From Bacilli bacterium (lineage in GTDB: Bacteria > Bacillota_I > Bacilli_A > RF39 > UBA660), in contig JAGBAW010000010.1 of assembly GCA_017938725.1 (NCBI GenBank), positions 1 through 63,140 of the forward strand: 63,140 nucleotides of DNA. Reading direction: 5' to 3'. Positions 40,734 through 50,123 of this stretch are shown piece by piece; position 1 is the stretch's first letter; each line of letters begins with the position of its first letter. Below the pieces are notes generated by a model. It worked only from the letters and a program-made list of their open reading frames with translations, had not been told where the DNA came from and searched no databases. A program made the position numbers and the translations under genes.

Positions 40734-41294
40734 ATGAAAAAGAAATTTAATTTAAAATGGTTATTCGTAATTGTGCCAATCATAGCAGTATTAGTATTTA
40801 CTTTAATTGCATTTTTGTTACCAAAAGACGAAGAAGTAGAGTTAAAAAAAGTAGAATATATTACTAAAGATAATAGAACTTCATTTAGCTTTTATGAGGA
40901 TTTTTCTAAAAAAGAAGTAGGGGAGTATGATTTATATGCATCAAAGAAAAATAAACAGATTATTGGAGTATTTACATATAACTTGAATGAATATGAAGAA
41001 AATAGTAGTAAAGAGATACTTGAAAATCAAATTAAGTATTTCCTAGATACTAGAAAAGATATGAAATTATTTAAAAAAGAAACAACAATTGAAATGGATG
41101 ACAAAATAATTACAAAAGTTGAATACTCAGGGAAAACTGATAACTCATCTGATTGTGTATATATATTTTCCGTAATAGATTTTAAGGCCGATACAAATTA
41201 TGTTGTGTATAGCAATGAGGTAATAATTAAAGATGACTATGAAAATAATATAGGTGAGATGATTGATATTTTAAAAAGCGCAAAACTAAATTAA
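40734..41294 (+). CDS. membrane-anchored hypothetical protein
   Basis: MKKKFNLKWLFVIVPIIAVLVFTLIAFLL signal anchor. ATG 40734 is preferred over the track start at 40686. Confidence 0.5.
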   Translation: MKKKFNLKWLFVIVPIIAVLVFTLIAFLLPKDEEVELKKVEYITKDNRTSFSFYEDFSKKEVGEYDLYASKKNKQIIGVFTYNLNEYEENSSKEILENQIKYFLDTRKDMKLFKKETTIEMDDKIITKVEYSGKTDNSSDCVYIFSVIDFKADTNYVVYSNEVIIKDDYENNIGEMIDILKSAKLN

Positions 41295-41363
41295 TTTTTA
41301 GTTTTTTTATTATTCAAGGGGAATTTAAAAATTTATGGCTTATATATTCTATGGAGGGATAAA

Positions 41364-43376
41364 ATGAGACATAAATATACAAATCAGCTAGAGGAAAAAG
41401 ATTGTGCAGCAACTTGTCTATATAATATTATAAAATATTATAAAGGAAATATTAGTATAGAAAAATTAACAAAAATGCTTAATACTGATAAACTTGGGAC
41501 AAGTGTGTTTAATATAGTACAAACATCAAAACAAATTGGATTCATATCAAATGCATATAAATGTGAACTTAATGATTTATGTAGTCTAAAGTTACCTGTA
41601 ATAGCGCATATTAAAGTAGATAAGAAGTATGAACATTATGTTATTATCGATAAAATTGTTGACGACATTTTAATTATTCATGACCCAATTAGAGGATATA
41701 TAAAATACGATATGAATAAATTTAGCGATGAATGGACTAATATTGTAATAACTTTTGATAAAACAGATAATGTTGTTAATGAAAAAGATGATAGTGTGTT
41801 ATTTAAATTTTTATCTTATTTAAAAACCAATTATAAATTTATTACTCTTATTTTATTATTATCTATAATCATATCACTTTTTTCTATTTTTCATTCGTTT
41901 TACTTAAGTTATTTATATGATAATTATTTAAAAGCATTTAATATTTTTATAATTTTTATTTTAATATCGATTTTGAACATAATTATCAGTTATATTAGAA
42001 ACAGTATTGTTTTAAAATATAACAAAAAAATTGATTTTTCTCTTACAAATAAAGTATATAATAAAATTTTATCTCTTCCACTTAGGTATCATCATAATAG
42101 GCCTGTTGGTGATATCATATCTAGAATAAACGACTTATCAAGTATAAAGGAGTTTATTAATGTTATTAGTTTTTCTTTTATTATTGATCTAATATATGTT
42201 TTGATTATAGGCATAATATTATTTGTTATTAATAAGTTAATGTTCTTGTTATTATTTATTATAAGTAGTATATATATTTTAATTTATCTAATATTTAGAA
42301 GTAGTATAAATAAATATTCGCTTATAAATAAAGAAAATGGTTCCTCTGTTAATACATATATGGTTGAAAGCATATTAGGTATAGATACAATAAAAAATCT
42401 AAATATTACAAAGAGTGTTTTAAATATGTTTAGACGAAAATATAATAAATTTCTAAATAGTAATATAAAGATAAGTAAACTTGTTTTAAACTTTGGACTT
42501 ATACAAGATTTTGTTTGTACCTTTTCTAGTATATTAATGATATTTTTAGGTATTAATTTTTTAAAAAATAATACTTTAGATATATCATCTTTAATAATTG
42601 TTAATACATTAATTATTTATTATTTTAGTTCACTAAAAAATATCATCTCTATTGATAATTTAATTATAGAATCAAAAAATTCATATAAGAGGATTAAATT
42701 ATTATATAATGAAACAAAAGATGATACTAAAAAAGGTAACTTTAAATTTAAAAACTTGATTCAATTTAAAAATTTAAATTATGCCTATAATGAAAATAAT
42801 GTACTTAATAATATTAATTTTGAAATAAAAAAGAATGATTTTGTATTTGTTAAAGGAAAAAGCGGTGCGGGGAAATCAACTATATTTAAGATGCTTACAA
42901 AACAGCTCGAAACTAAAAGAAATATGATAAAAATAGATAATAAAGACATTAATAAAATTAGCTTAAAAGATATAAATGATAATATATGTTACGTATCTCA
43001 AAATGAATTTATATTTACAGATAGTATCTTAAATAACATTAAATTATTTAAAGAAGCAAAAAAAGAAGAATTGGACAAAGTTTTAAGAATTACTAATATA
43101 GATGAAATTTTAAAAGAAAGGAAAATTTCGCTTGACTTTCTTTTAGAAGAGAATGGCCATAATTTATCGGGTGGCGAAAGGCAGAAAATTTTACTAGCGC
43201 GTTCACTATTAAGAAATAAAAAAATACTAATACTTGATGAAACAATGAATGAAATTGATTCTTTTAGTGAAAGAAAAATAATAGAAAAAATAAAAGCTGA
43301 ATACAATATAACATTTATTTTAATTTCACATAGAGATGATAATTCAGATTTGTTTGACAAAGTAATTTCAATTTAG
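41364..43376 (+). CDS. bacteriocin ABC exporter with N-terminal C39 double-glycine peptidase domain
   Basis: C39 motifs Q..EKDCAATCL, EHYVII and IHDP. Six-TM domain. NBD with GKSGAGKST, LSGGERQK and ILILDE. Confidence 0.85.
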   Translation: MRHKYTNQLEEKDCAATCLYNIIKYYKGNISIEKLTKMLNTDKLGTSVFNIVQTSKQIGFISNAYKCELNDLCSLKLPVIAHIKVDKKYEHYVIIDKIVDDILIIHDPIRGYIKYDMNKFSDEWTNIVITFDKTDNVVNEKDDSVLFKFLSYLKTNYKFITLILLLSIIISLFSIFHSFYLSYLYDNYLKAFNIFIIFILISILNIIISYIRNSIVLKYNKKIDFSLTNKVYNKILSLPLRYHHNRPVGDIISRINDLSSIKEFINVISFSFIIDLIYVLIIGIILFVINKLMFLLLFIISSIYILIYLIFRSSINKYSLINKENGSSVNTYMVESILGIDTIKNLNITKSVLNMFRRKYNKFLNSNIKISKLVLNFGLIQDFVCTFSSILMIFLGINFLKNNTLDISSLIIVNTLIIYYFSSLKNIISIDNLIIESKNSYKRIKLLYNETKDDTKKGNFKFKNLIQFKNLNYAYNENNVLNNINFEIKKNDFVFVKGKSGAGKSTIFKMLTKQLETKRNMIKIDNKDINKISLKDINDNICYVSQNEFIFTDSILNNIKLFKEAKKEELDKVLRITNIDEILKERKISLDFLLEENGHNLSGGERQKILLARSLLRNKKILILDETMNEIDSFSERKIIEKIKAEYNITFILISHRDDNSDLFDKVISI

Positions 43377-43384
43377 GAGGTATA

Positions 43385-43525
43385 ATGGTTAAATTAAAAG
43401 AAGAAGAAATGAAAAATATTAATGCGGGAGGAATTACTGCTGTGGGTTGGGCAGTAATTGCAGCAGGTCTATCATTTTTAGCGGGTCTACTAGATGGATA
43501 TACAAGACCATATAAGTGTAGATAG
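43385..43525 (+). CDS. double-glycine leader peptide (bacteriocin precursor A), not in ORF track
   Basis: AGGAGG RBS. MVKLKEEEMKNINAGG | ITAVGWAVIAAGLSFLAGLLDGYTRPYKCR. The leader ends in GG and the core has small-xxx-small motifs. Confidence 0.7.
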   Translation: MVKLKEEEMKNINAGGITAVGWAVIAAGLSFLAGLLDGYTRPYKCR

Positions 43526-43541
43526 AAAGGAGATGTAAAAA

Positions 43542-43706
43542 ATGAAACAATTAGATATTAATGAAATGAAAAAAATAAAAGCAGGAGGGCTTTCAGGGAC
43601 ACTAGTAAATGCTTTTGTGAAAGGTTTTTCTACCTTTAGCGATTTAGGAAGATATGTAGGCTCTTCAATAAGAAGATTTGTATCAAGAAATTTATGTGGA
43701 TTTTAA
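43542..43706 (+). CDS. double-glycine leader peptide (bacteriocin precursor B), not in ORF track
   Basis: AAGGAG RBS. MKQLDINEMKKIKAGG | LSGTLVNAFVKGFSTFSDLGRYVGSSIRRFVSRNLCGF. The core is cationic. Confidence 0.7.
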   Translation: MKQLDINEMKKIKAGGLSGTLVNAFVKGFSTFSDLGRYVGSSIRRFVSRNLCGF

Positions 43707-43711
43707 TTTTA

Positions 43712-43734
43712 GGGAGCAAATGAGCTCTCTTTTT
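43712..43734 (+). terminator. intrinsic terminator after the bacteriocin operon
   Basis: GGGAGC-AAATGA-GCTCTC followed by TTTTT. Confidence 0.5.
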
Positions 43735-43756
43735 AAATAAAAAAATAAAAAAAATG

Positions 43757-43785
43757 TTGAAATAAAGCTATTTGAGTGATATAAT
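43757..43785 (+). promoter_or_regulatory. sigma-A promoter of rpsU
   Basis: TTGAAA, 17 nt spacer, TATAAT. Confidence 0.6.
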
Positions 43786-43816
43786 TTGTTTAGTAAATAT
43801 GAAAGGAGGGATAAGA

Positions 43817-44011
43817 GTGACAAAAGTAGTGGTAAAAAATGGAAACATTGATGGAGCTTTAAAAAGATTCAAACAACAAGTAGCGAAAAGTGGAATCCCT
43901 TCTGAATGTAAAAAAAGAGAACATTATTCTAAACCTGGTATTCAAAGAAGAGAAGCTAAAAAAGCAGGAATAAAGAATAGTAGAAAAAAACAAAGTCGCG
44001 ATAGAGACTAA
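43817..44011 (+). CDS. rpsU: 30S ribosomal protein S21
   Basis: The GTG start after AAAGGAGGG gives MTKVVVKNGNIDGALKRFKQ..KREHYSKPG. The track start at 43772 is upstream of the RBS. Confidence 0.85.
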   Translation: MTKVVVKNGNIDGALKRFKQQVAKSGIPSECKKREHYSKPGIQRREAKKAGIKNSRKKQSRDRD

Positions 44012-44048
44012 TTATAAGCAGTTAATCTGCTTTTTTTTGGAGGATAAA

Positions 44049-44492
44049 ATGAAAGAAAAATTACAAAAAGATATGATTGAATCAATGAAAGAACATAATA
44101 AAAAGAAAACTGATACGATTAAGTCTATAAAAGCTGCAGTTCAAATGGAGGAAATTAATTTAAAAAGAGAGTTAACTGATGAAGAAGTTATTAGCATTAT
44201 TACAAAACAGATAAAGATGAGAAAAGATGCTATTAACGACTTTGAAAAGGCAGGTAGATCAGATTTAATTTCATCATATAATGAAGAGATTAATATACTA
44301 AATGAATATTTGCCTAAGCAACTTACAGATGATGAGATAAATAGGATAATTGATGAAGCATTTAATGTTATTAAACCAACTTCAAATGCAGATATTGGGA
44401 AAATAATGAAAGAAATTTTACCTAAATTAAAAAATCGTGCAGATATGGGGAAAGTTAATATTATAATTAAAAATAAATTATCAAAGTTATAA
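44049..44492 (+). CDS. yqeY: GatB/YqeY domain protein
   Basis: MKEKLQKDMIESMKEHNKKKTDTIKSIKAAV... pattern and its position after rpsU. Confidence 0.8.
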   Translation: MKEKLQKDMIESMKEHNKKKTDTIKSIKAAVQMEEINLKRELTDEEVISIITKQIKMRKDAINDFEKAGRSDLISSYNEEINILNEYLPKQLTDDEINRIIDEAFNVIKPTSNADIGKIMKEILPKLKNRADMGKVNIIIKNKLSKL

Positions 44493-44544
44493 GGCTTCTT
44501 AAGTCTTATTTTTTTCATATACTTTATTAGGTGATTATAAAGTG

Positions 44545-44787
44545 ATGAGAAATATTAAAAACTATGTAAGACAAGTTGAATTTAAAATAATTCTTAAAAA
44601 AAATATTATTGATATTGAAAACTATACAGATCTTGGTAATATATCAGATAAAGAAATTGCGGTATTTAATTACAATGAAAAGATTATAATTAGGGGATAT
44701 AATCTTTCAATAAGTAAATTACTAAACAATGAATTATTAATCACAGGTAAATACAATAATATTATTTTTGAAGGTAATAATGAATAG
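44545..44787 (+). CDS. yqfC: sporulation protein YqfC (YabP family)
   Basis: ..IDIENYTDLGNISDKEIAV..IIIRGYNLSISKL..ELLITGKYNNIIFEG matches the YabP/YqfC pattern and precedes yqfD. Confidence 0.7.
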   Translation: MRNIKNYVRQVEFKIILKKNIIDIENYTDLGNISDKEIAVFNYNEKIIIRGYNLSISKLLNNELLITGKYNNIIFEGNNE

Positions 44788-45952
44788 TTATTTAATAATA
44801 AAAGTAGAAGGAAGAAATATACCCAAATTCTTACATAGATGCAAAAATAACAACATTAATATACTAAATATGAATAATATTTCCCATAAAGAAGTAATAA
44901 TAAAAATAAATCAAAAAGATTATGATAAATTACTAAAAATAAGATCAATATATAAACTTACAATAATAAATAATGAAGGATATTTAAAGTTCAAGGAACT
45001 ATTTAATAAAAATAAAATACTTATAATAATATCCTTTATTGGAATAATATTTCTAATATTTTTATCAAATACTATTTTTGATATAGATATTATAAGTACA
45101 AATAATGAATTAAATCAAAAGATAATTAAAGAACTTCAAAATTATGGAATTAAAAAATATTCTCTTAAAAAAGGATATAAAAATATAGAAAATATAAAGA
45201 AAAAATTAAAAGAAAAATATAATGATAATATAGAATGGATAGAAATAACTAGTATAGGAACCAAATATGAGATAAAAATTGTTGAAAGGAAGATAAATAA
45301 TTCTATTCAAAATAACGAATATACCAATATAGTTGCTAAAAAATCCGGTGTAATAAGAAAGATATATGCAGAAAATGGTATGAAAGCAGTCGATTTAAAT
45401 ACATATGTTAATAAAGGCGATATTATAATTAGTGGATCTATTATTAAAGATGAAAAGGTTAAAGAATATGTTCATGCAAAAGGGAAAGTATATGCAGAGG
45501 TATGGTATAATGTAAGTATTAATTTTCCTTTAGAATATACAGAAAAAGTATATACTAATAATAAATCAAAAGGTTTGTACATAAAAATAGGCAATAAATA
45601 TATTTCCAAAAGTAAATATGATAATTTTGAAAGAAAATCTATAAAGTCTATAAAAAATAGATTAATTCCCTTTGAAATAGGTATAGAAACTCAAAGTGAA
45701 GTTAAAATTAAAAATGATAAATATACAGAAAAAGAAGCTAAAACAAAGGCAATAGAAAGAGTTAAAGAAAAAATTTTACAGTCCCTTGATAATGATGAAT
45801 ACATATTGCAAGAAAAAACTTTGAATTTTACTTCAAAAGGGAGTAAAATAGTATTAAACATGTTTGTTTCTTGTTATGAGGAAATAGGAGAAGAAGTAAA
45901 ATTAATTCCAGAAGAAAATAACGAGGAGGAGCAAAACCAAAATCAAAATTAA
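44780..45952 (+). CDS. yqfD: sporulation protein YqfD
   Basis: About 390 aa. N-terminal (I)KVEGRNIPKFLHRC, a single central TM and synteny after yqfC. Confidence 0.7.
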   Translation: MNSYLIIKVEGRNIPKFLHRCKNNNINILNMNNISHKEVIIKINQKDYDKLLKIRSIYKLTIINNEGYLKFKELFNKNKILIIISFIGIIFLIFLSNTIFDIDIISTNNELNQKIIKELQNYGIKKYSLKKGYKNIENIKKKLKEKYNDNIEWIEITSIGTKYEIKIVERKINNSIQNNEYTNIVAKKSGVIRKIYAENGMKAVDLNTYVNKGDIIISGSIIKDEKVKEYVHAKGKVYAEVWYNVSINFPLEYTEKVYTNNKSKGLYIKIGNKYISKSKYDNFERKSIKSIKNRLIPFEIGIETQSEVKIKNDKYTEKEAKTKAIERVKEKILQSLDNDEYILQEKTLNFTSKGSKIVLNMFVSCYEEIGEEVKLIPEENNEEEQNQNQN

Positions 45953-45964
45953 AGGAGTAATAAT

Positions 45965-46582
45965 ATGATAGAAAAAACACTGCGAAATGCAATTAGTGAA
46001 AATTGGCCAATGCTTTTTATATTTACAGTAGTAATTGTAACAATAAGAATAGTATATTTAATTGTACATAAACATAAATTTGTTTTATACAAAGAATTAT
46101 TTATGCTAGTATTTTTAGTGTATGCGATGCTTTTGTTTTATGTTGTAACATTTCAAGATGTTAATTATGGAACAAATAATTTTATACCTTTTAAGGAAAT
46201 ACTTAGATACGAGGTTGGATCGAAATTATTTATAAAAAATATAGTTGGTAATATTATATTATTTATTCCATTTGGACTTTTTGTTTCATATATATTAAAG
46301 ACAAGAAAAGTTTCTCCAATAATGATAATAACGTTAATAACATCATTTGTAATTGAATTTACACAACTAAAAATAGGTAGGACCTTTGATATAGATGATA
46401 TACTATTAAATATAGTTGGTGGTTTTATCGGTTATTTAATATTTATTATTATCGATACGCTTGAAAGTCATCTTCCATCATTCTTTTCTACGGATGCCTT
46501 TAAAAATGTTATAACAATTATAATATGTATTATAATTGTTCTTGTATATACGAATTCAACATTATGGGGTATTTTAAGATGA
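45965..46582 (+). CDS. VanZ family membrane protein
   Basis: NFIPFKE, NIILFIPFGLF and DIDDILLNIVGGFIGY motifs. Confidence 0.7.
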   Translation: MIEKTLRNAISENWPMLFIFTVVIVTIRIVYLIVHKHKFVLYKELFMLVFLVYAMLLFYVVTFQDVNYGTNNFIPFKEILRYEVGSKLFIKNIVGNIILFIPFGLFVSYILKTRKVSPIMIITLITSFVIEFTQLKIGRTFDIDDILLNIVGGFIGYLIFIIIDTLESHLPSFFSTDAFKNVITIIICIIIVLVYTNSTLWGILR

Positions 46583-47025
46583 GAGAGATAGAAGTATTTA
46601 ATGAAACAAATGAGAGTCTAGACGAAATTAGGGAATTAAACAAGTTAACAAGTTTCTTAGCAGATTACTTTAATCTAGATAATATAATATTTAATGTTAT
46701 TATTGTTGATAATAATAAAATACATGAAATTAATAAAGAATATAGAAATATAGATAAAGAAACAGATGTAATTTCTTTTGCACTTGAAGATGATAAGAGT
46801 ATTACGAATAATGATATAAGAGTGCTTGGAGATATATATATATCAATAGATAAGGCAAAACAACAATCTAAAGAATATGGTCATTCTTTAAAAAGAGAAT
46901 TATGTTTTCTTGCAACACATGGTTTTCTTCATTTACTTGGTTATGATCATATTAATAAAGAGGATGAAAAGATAATGTTTAATCTTCAAGATGAAATATT
47001 AAGTGCATACGGAGTAGGTAGATAA
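46579..47025 (+). CDS. ybeY: rRNA maturation endoribonuclease YbeY
   Basis: HGFLHLLGYDH metal site. The ATG overlaps the vanZ stop (ATGA). Confidence 0.9.
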   Translation: MREIEVFNETNESLDEIRELNKLTSFLADYFNLDNIIFNVIIVDNNKIHEINKEYRNIDKETDVISFALEDDKSITNNDIRVLGDIYISIDKAKQQSKEYGHSLKRELCFLATHGFLHLLGYDHINKEDEKIMFNLQDEILSAYGVGR

Positions 47026-47027
47026 AT

Positions 47028-47414
47028 ATGAAAGAAAAATTAAGTGAAATATTAAATAATTCTTATAGTCCATATTCAAATTTTAAAGTAGCTGCAATCG
47101 TAGTAATGAAAGATGGTAAAGAGTTTTATGGAAGCAATGTAGAAAATGCATCATATGGCGCAACAATATGCGCGGAAAGAAGTGCAATAGTATCTGCGAT
47201 AAGTAATGGGTATAAAAAATATGATTTTGATAAATTATATGTAATGGTAAATTCAGATAAAATGAGTACATGTTGTTTTATGTGTAGACAAGTAATATGT
47301 GAATTATTTGAAAAAGATAGAAACATAATATTAATGAATAAAAATGGTATGGAAAAGGTATATACAGTTAAAGAACTATGTCCATATCCATTTGATGAAG
47401 AGGACTTAAAATGA
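47028..47414 (+). CDS. cdd: cytidine deaminase
   Basis: CAERSAI and CCFMCRQ zinc ligands; 128 aa. Confidence 0.9.
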   Translation: MKEKLSEILNNSYSPYSNFKVAAIVVMKDGKEFYGSNVENASYGATICAERSAIVSAISNGYKKYDFDKLYVMVNSDKMSTCCFMCRQVICELFEKDRNIILMNKNGMEKVYTVKELCPYPFDEEDLK

Positions 47415-48301
47415 AAGTTGGATTTGTAAGTATAGTAGGAAGGCCAAATGCAGGTAAAAGTACTTTACTTAATACTATTATAGGAAGTAAAGTAGCAATT
47501 GTTTCTGATAAAGCACATACAACGAGAAATAACATTCAAGGAATATATAATGATGAGGATGCTCAAATAATATTTATAGATACCCCAGGAGTACATAAAC
47601 CAGTTCAAAAACTTGGTAAATATATGAATAAACAAGTCTATTATTCTTTAGATGATGCCGATGTAATATTATTTATGGTAGATGTGACTGAAAAAATAGG
47701 TAAAGGTGATAAATTTATACTTGAAAAATTAAAAGAAGAAAAGAAAACTGTATTTTTAATATTAAATAAAGTTGACAAAATACAAAAAGAATTCTTATTT
47801 CCTATGATTGAAGAATATAACAAATTATTTGATTTTAAAGAGATAATACCAATTTCAGCACTTAAAAATGATAATATTAGTGACTTAGTTAATACTATAA
47901 AAAAATATTTAAATGAAGGAGATAAATATTATCCAGAAGAATATTATACAGATAAAAGTATAAATTTTATGGTTTCAGAAATAGTTAGAGAAAAGGTACT
48001 TAAGCTCACAAATGAAGAAGTTCCACATGCAGTAACATGTGTAGTTGAAAAATTTGAAGATAATGGAACTAGTATACATATTAATGTACTTATAATTGCT
48101 AGTAGAGAAGGAATAAAAAAAATACTTGTTGGGCATAATGGATCAATGATTAAACAAATAGGAACAGATGCAAGAAGCGAAATAGAAAAATTAGTTGGTA
48201 AAAAAGTATATTTAGAATTATTTGTAAAAGTTATAAATAACTGGAGGGATAAGGAAAAATATCTAATAGAATTTGGATTTAAGGAAGAAAATGAAAACTA
48301 A
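47411..48301 (+). CDS. era: GTPase Era
   Basis: GRPNAGKSTL, DTPG and NKVD motifs with a C-terminal KH domain. Confidence 0.9.
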   Translation: MKVGFVSIVGRPNAGKSTLLNTIIGSKVAIVSDKAHTTRNNIQGIYNDEDAQIIFIDTPGVHKPVQKLGKYMNKQVYYSLDDADVILFMVDVTEKIGKGDKFILEKLKEEKKTVFLILNKVDKIQKEFLFPMIEEYNKLFDFKEIIPISALKNDNISDLVNTIKKYLNEGDKYYPEEYYTDKSINFMVSEIVREKVLKLTNEEVPHAVTCVVEKFEDNGTSIHINVLIIASREGIKKILVGHNGSMIKQIGTDARSEIEKLVGKKVYLELFVKVINNWRDKEKYLIEFGFKEENEN

Positions 48302-48354
48302 TTTTGAATAAATTTATTTTGTTAAACCATTATATTAATGGATGGTGATATATA

Positions 48355-48486
48355 ATGAATAGAAATGATGTTTGGAATTTATTTAAAATGACAGGAAAAG
48401 TTGAGTACTTTTTAAAATATAAGGAAATGTGTAATAAGGCAGTGATGATTCTTGGAGATAACGAAAGTAAAGGGAATAATAATTAG
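48355..48486 (+). CDS. yqzL: YqzL family small protein (43 aa), not in ORF track
   Basis: MNRNDVWNLFKMTGKVEYFLKYKEM matches the W..F..TG.....L.YKE pattern of YqzL. It sits in the conserved slot between era and recO and overlaps the recO TTG start. Confidence 0.6.
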   Translation: MNRNDVWNLFKMTGKVEYFLKYKEMCNKAVMILGDNESKGNNN

Positions 48487-49189
48487 TGAAAATAGCTATA
48501 GTGAGACTAGTAAACTTCTTAATATATTTACAAAGGAGTATGGAATAATTGGAGTAATTGCTAAAGGTGCTAAAAGATTAAAAAGTAATTTAAGGGCAGT
48601 TTCATCAAAACTTACATATGCGGATTTTCAAATATATTATAAAGAGGGTAAACTATCGACTTTGGTATGTGCAGATGTAATCAATCCATTTAATGAAATA
48701 AAAAAAGATTTACTTAAAATAAGTTATGCATCTTTTTTGCTTGAACTTACAAGTCAAGTAATGAAACAAACAAATAGTAAAGATATATTTAATTTACTTG
48801 AAAGTACATTATTAAAAATAGAAGAAGGATATGACCCTACAGTCATTATTAATATATTAGAACTTAAATATTTAGATTATTTAGGAGTAAAACCAGTACT
48901 TGATTCATGTTCAGTATGTGGAAATACTAAAATAATTACTGTATCTACAAATAAGGGTGGCTTTGTATGTTCAAATTGTCATACAAATGAGAAAATAGTA
49001 GATAAAAAAACTATTCAAGTGCTTAGAATGTTATATTATGTAGATATATCAAAAATAAGTAAAATTAATTTATCAGATGTAACTAAAACAGAAATAGATG
49101 ATTTTATAAATGAATATTATGATAGATATACAGGTTTATATTTAAAAAGTAAAAAATTTCTTAAAACAATAAAAAATGTATACATATAA
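48452..49189 (+). CDS. recO: DNA repair protein RecO
   Basis: OB-fold N-terminus (KGIIISENSYSETSKLLNIFT) and CSVCG...CSNCH zinc finger; TTG start. Confidence 0.85.
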   Translation: MEITKVKGIIISENSYSETSKLLNIFTKEYGIIGVIAKGAKRLKSNLRAVSSKLTYADFQIYYKEGKLSTLVCADVINPFNEIKKDLLKISYASFLLELTSQVMKQTNSKDIFNLLESTLLKIEEGYDPTVIINILELKYLDYLGVKPVLDSCSVCGNTKIITVSTNKGGFVCSNCHTNEKIVDKKTIQVLRMLYYVDISKISKINLSDVTKTEIDDFINEYYDRYTGLYLKSKKFLKTIKNVYI

Positions 49190-49213
49190 TATAAAATATG
49201 TTATAATCTAAAC

Positions 49214-49345
49214 ATATAGATGAAAAGCGATGACTAGGGTTGGAATCCTAAACAGCTATATAAATATGAGATGATTCGTCAAAGAATAAGTAAGGTGGAA
49301 CCGCTATAATTAGTCCTTACAAATTTGAGGAATTATTTTTGTTTT
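49214..49345 (+). promoter_or_regulatory. T-box leader (short form) upstream of orf254-glyQS
   Basis: T-box sequence AATAAGTAAGGTGGAACCGC. Antiterminator GTAAGG / bulge TGGAACC / GCTA-TAAT-TAGT / CCTTAC. Competing hairpin TCCTTA..TGAGGA + T-run. Extended -10 TGTTATAAT at about 49200. Confidence 0.65.
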
Positions 49346-49358
49346 AAGGAGGTTTAAT

Positions 49359-50123
49359 ATGAAATTTAATGGTAAGAAACATTTGAATTCTAATATGTAT
49401 AAAAAAATCAGAATAAAAGAGAAAAATACAGAAGTAATAGTTAGTGCAATACCTGATGAAAGATTTAAAAATGTAGAAACATTAAAATTATCAATAATGT
49501 GTATAACAGATTTTATAAAAGATATGAATGAAGAGGATAAAGTAAAAGAGATTACTGAGTATTTTTTAAGGAATAATACAATATGTGGATTAATTGATGA
49601 TAAAAATGGAATAATTGTCAATAGTGTATCTGGTAGACAATTAGTTATTAGTTTATCTTGTAAATATAGAGGTATATTAAATTTAATTTATGAAAAATAT
49701 CAAAATGATAGGTTAAAATTTTTAAGTGAAACTAATATAGATACAATTCATATAACAGAAATATACCTCAATAAAGTATATAGAATAATTACACATGCAT
49801 CTATTTATCAAGTAGTAAATATAGACAATAAAGATGTAATACACTTAAATTTATTTTCTGATAAGGCTGAGGAAATAGCAAAATTTGATTTAAATTTTAT
49901 TGATAATTATATAAGGAATTTTATTAATAATAGTCCTAGTTTCATTTGGTCAATTTGTAATAGCTATGCATCTACATATTTTATATTTGATTTAAATAAA
50001 AAAATATACCTACCATATGATTTATATGAAAAATATGAGCAAGAAGTAATTAAACATAATCATTTTATCGAAAATGAAGATAAAAAACAATTAAGTTTAA
50101 ATTTAGAGAGGGAGAGTATATAA
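49359..50123 (+). CDS. hypothetical protein co-transcribed with glyQS
   Basis: 254 aa behind an AAGGAGG RBS. Its stop overlaps the glyQS ATG (TAATG). No motif recognised. Confidence 0.55.
   Translation: MKFNGKKHLNSNMYKKIRIKEKNTEVIVSAIPDERFKNVETLKLSIMCITDFIKDMNEEDKVKEITEYFLRNNTICGLIDDKNGIIVNSVSGRQLVISLSCKYRGILNLIYEKYQNDRLKFLSETNIDTIHITEIYLNKVYRIITHASIYQVVNIDNKDVIHLNLFSDKAEEIAKFDLNFIDNYIRNFINNSPSFIWSICNSYASTYFIFDLNKKIYLPYDLYEKYEQEVIKHNHFIENEDKKQLSLNLERESI

Noticed and set aside
43385-43706. The two small peptides as lanthipeptide precursors.
   Set aside because: Each core has only one Cys and there is no Ser/Thr-Cys pairing pattern. No LanM/LanBC-type modification gene is nearby. The GG leaders plus a C39 exporter fit unmodified class II peptides.
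49214-49290. Assignment of a specific GGN specifier codon in the glyQS T-box.
   Set aside because: I could not fold a convincing canonical Stem I by hand. The only GGA lies in an apical-loop-like position, so no specifier is claimed.
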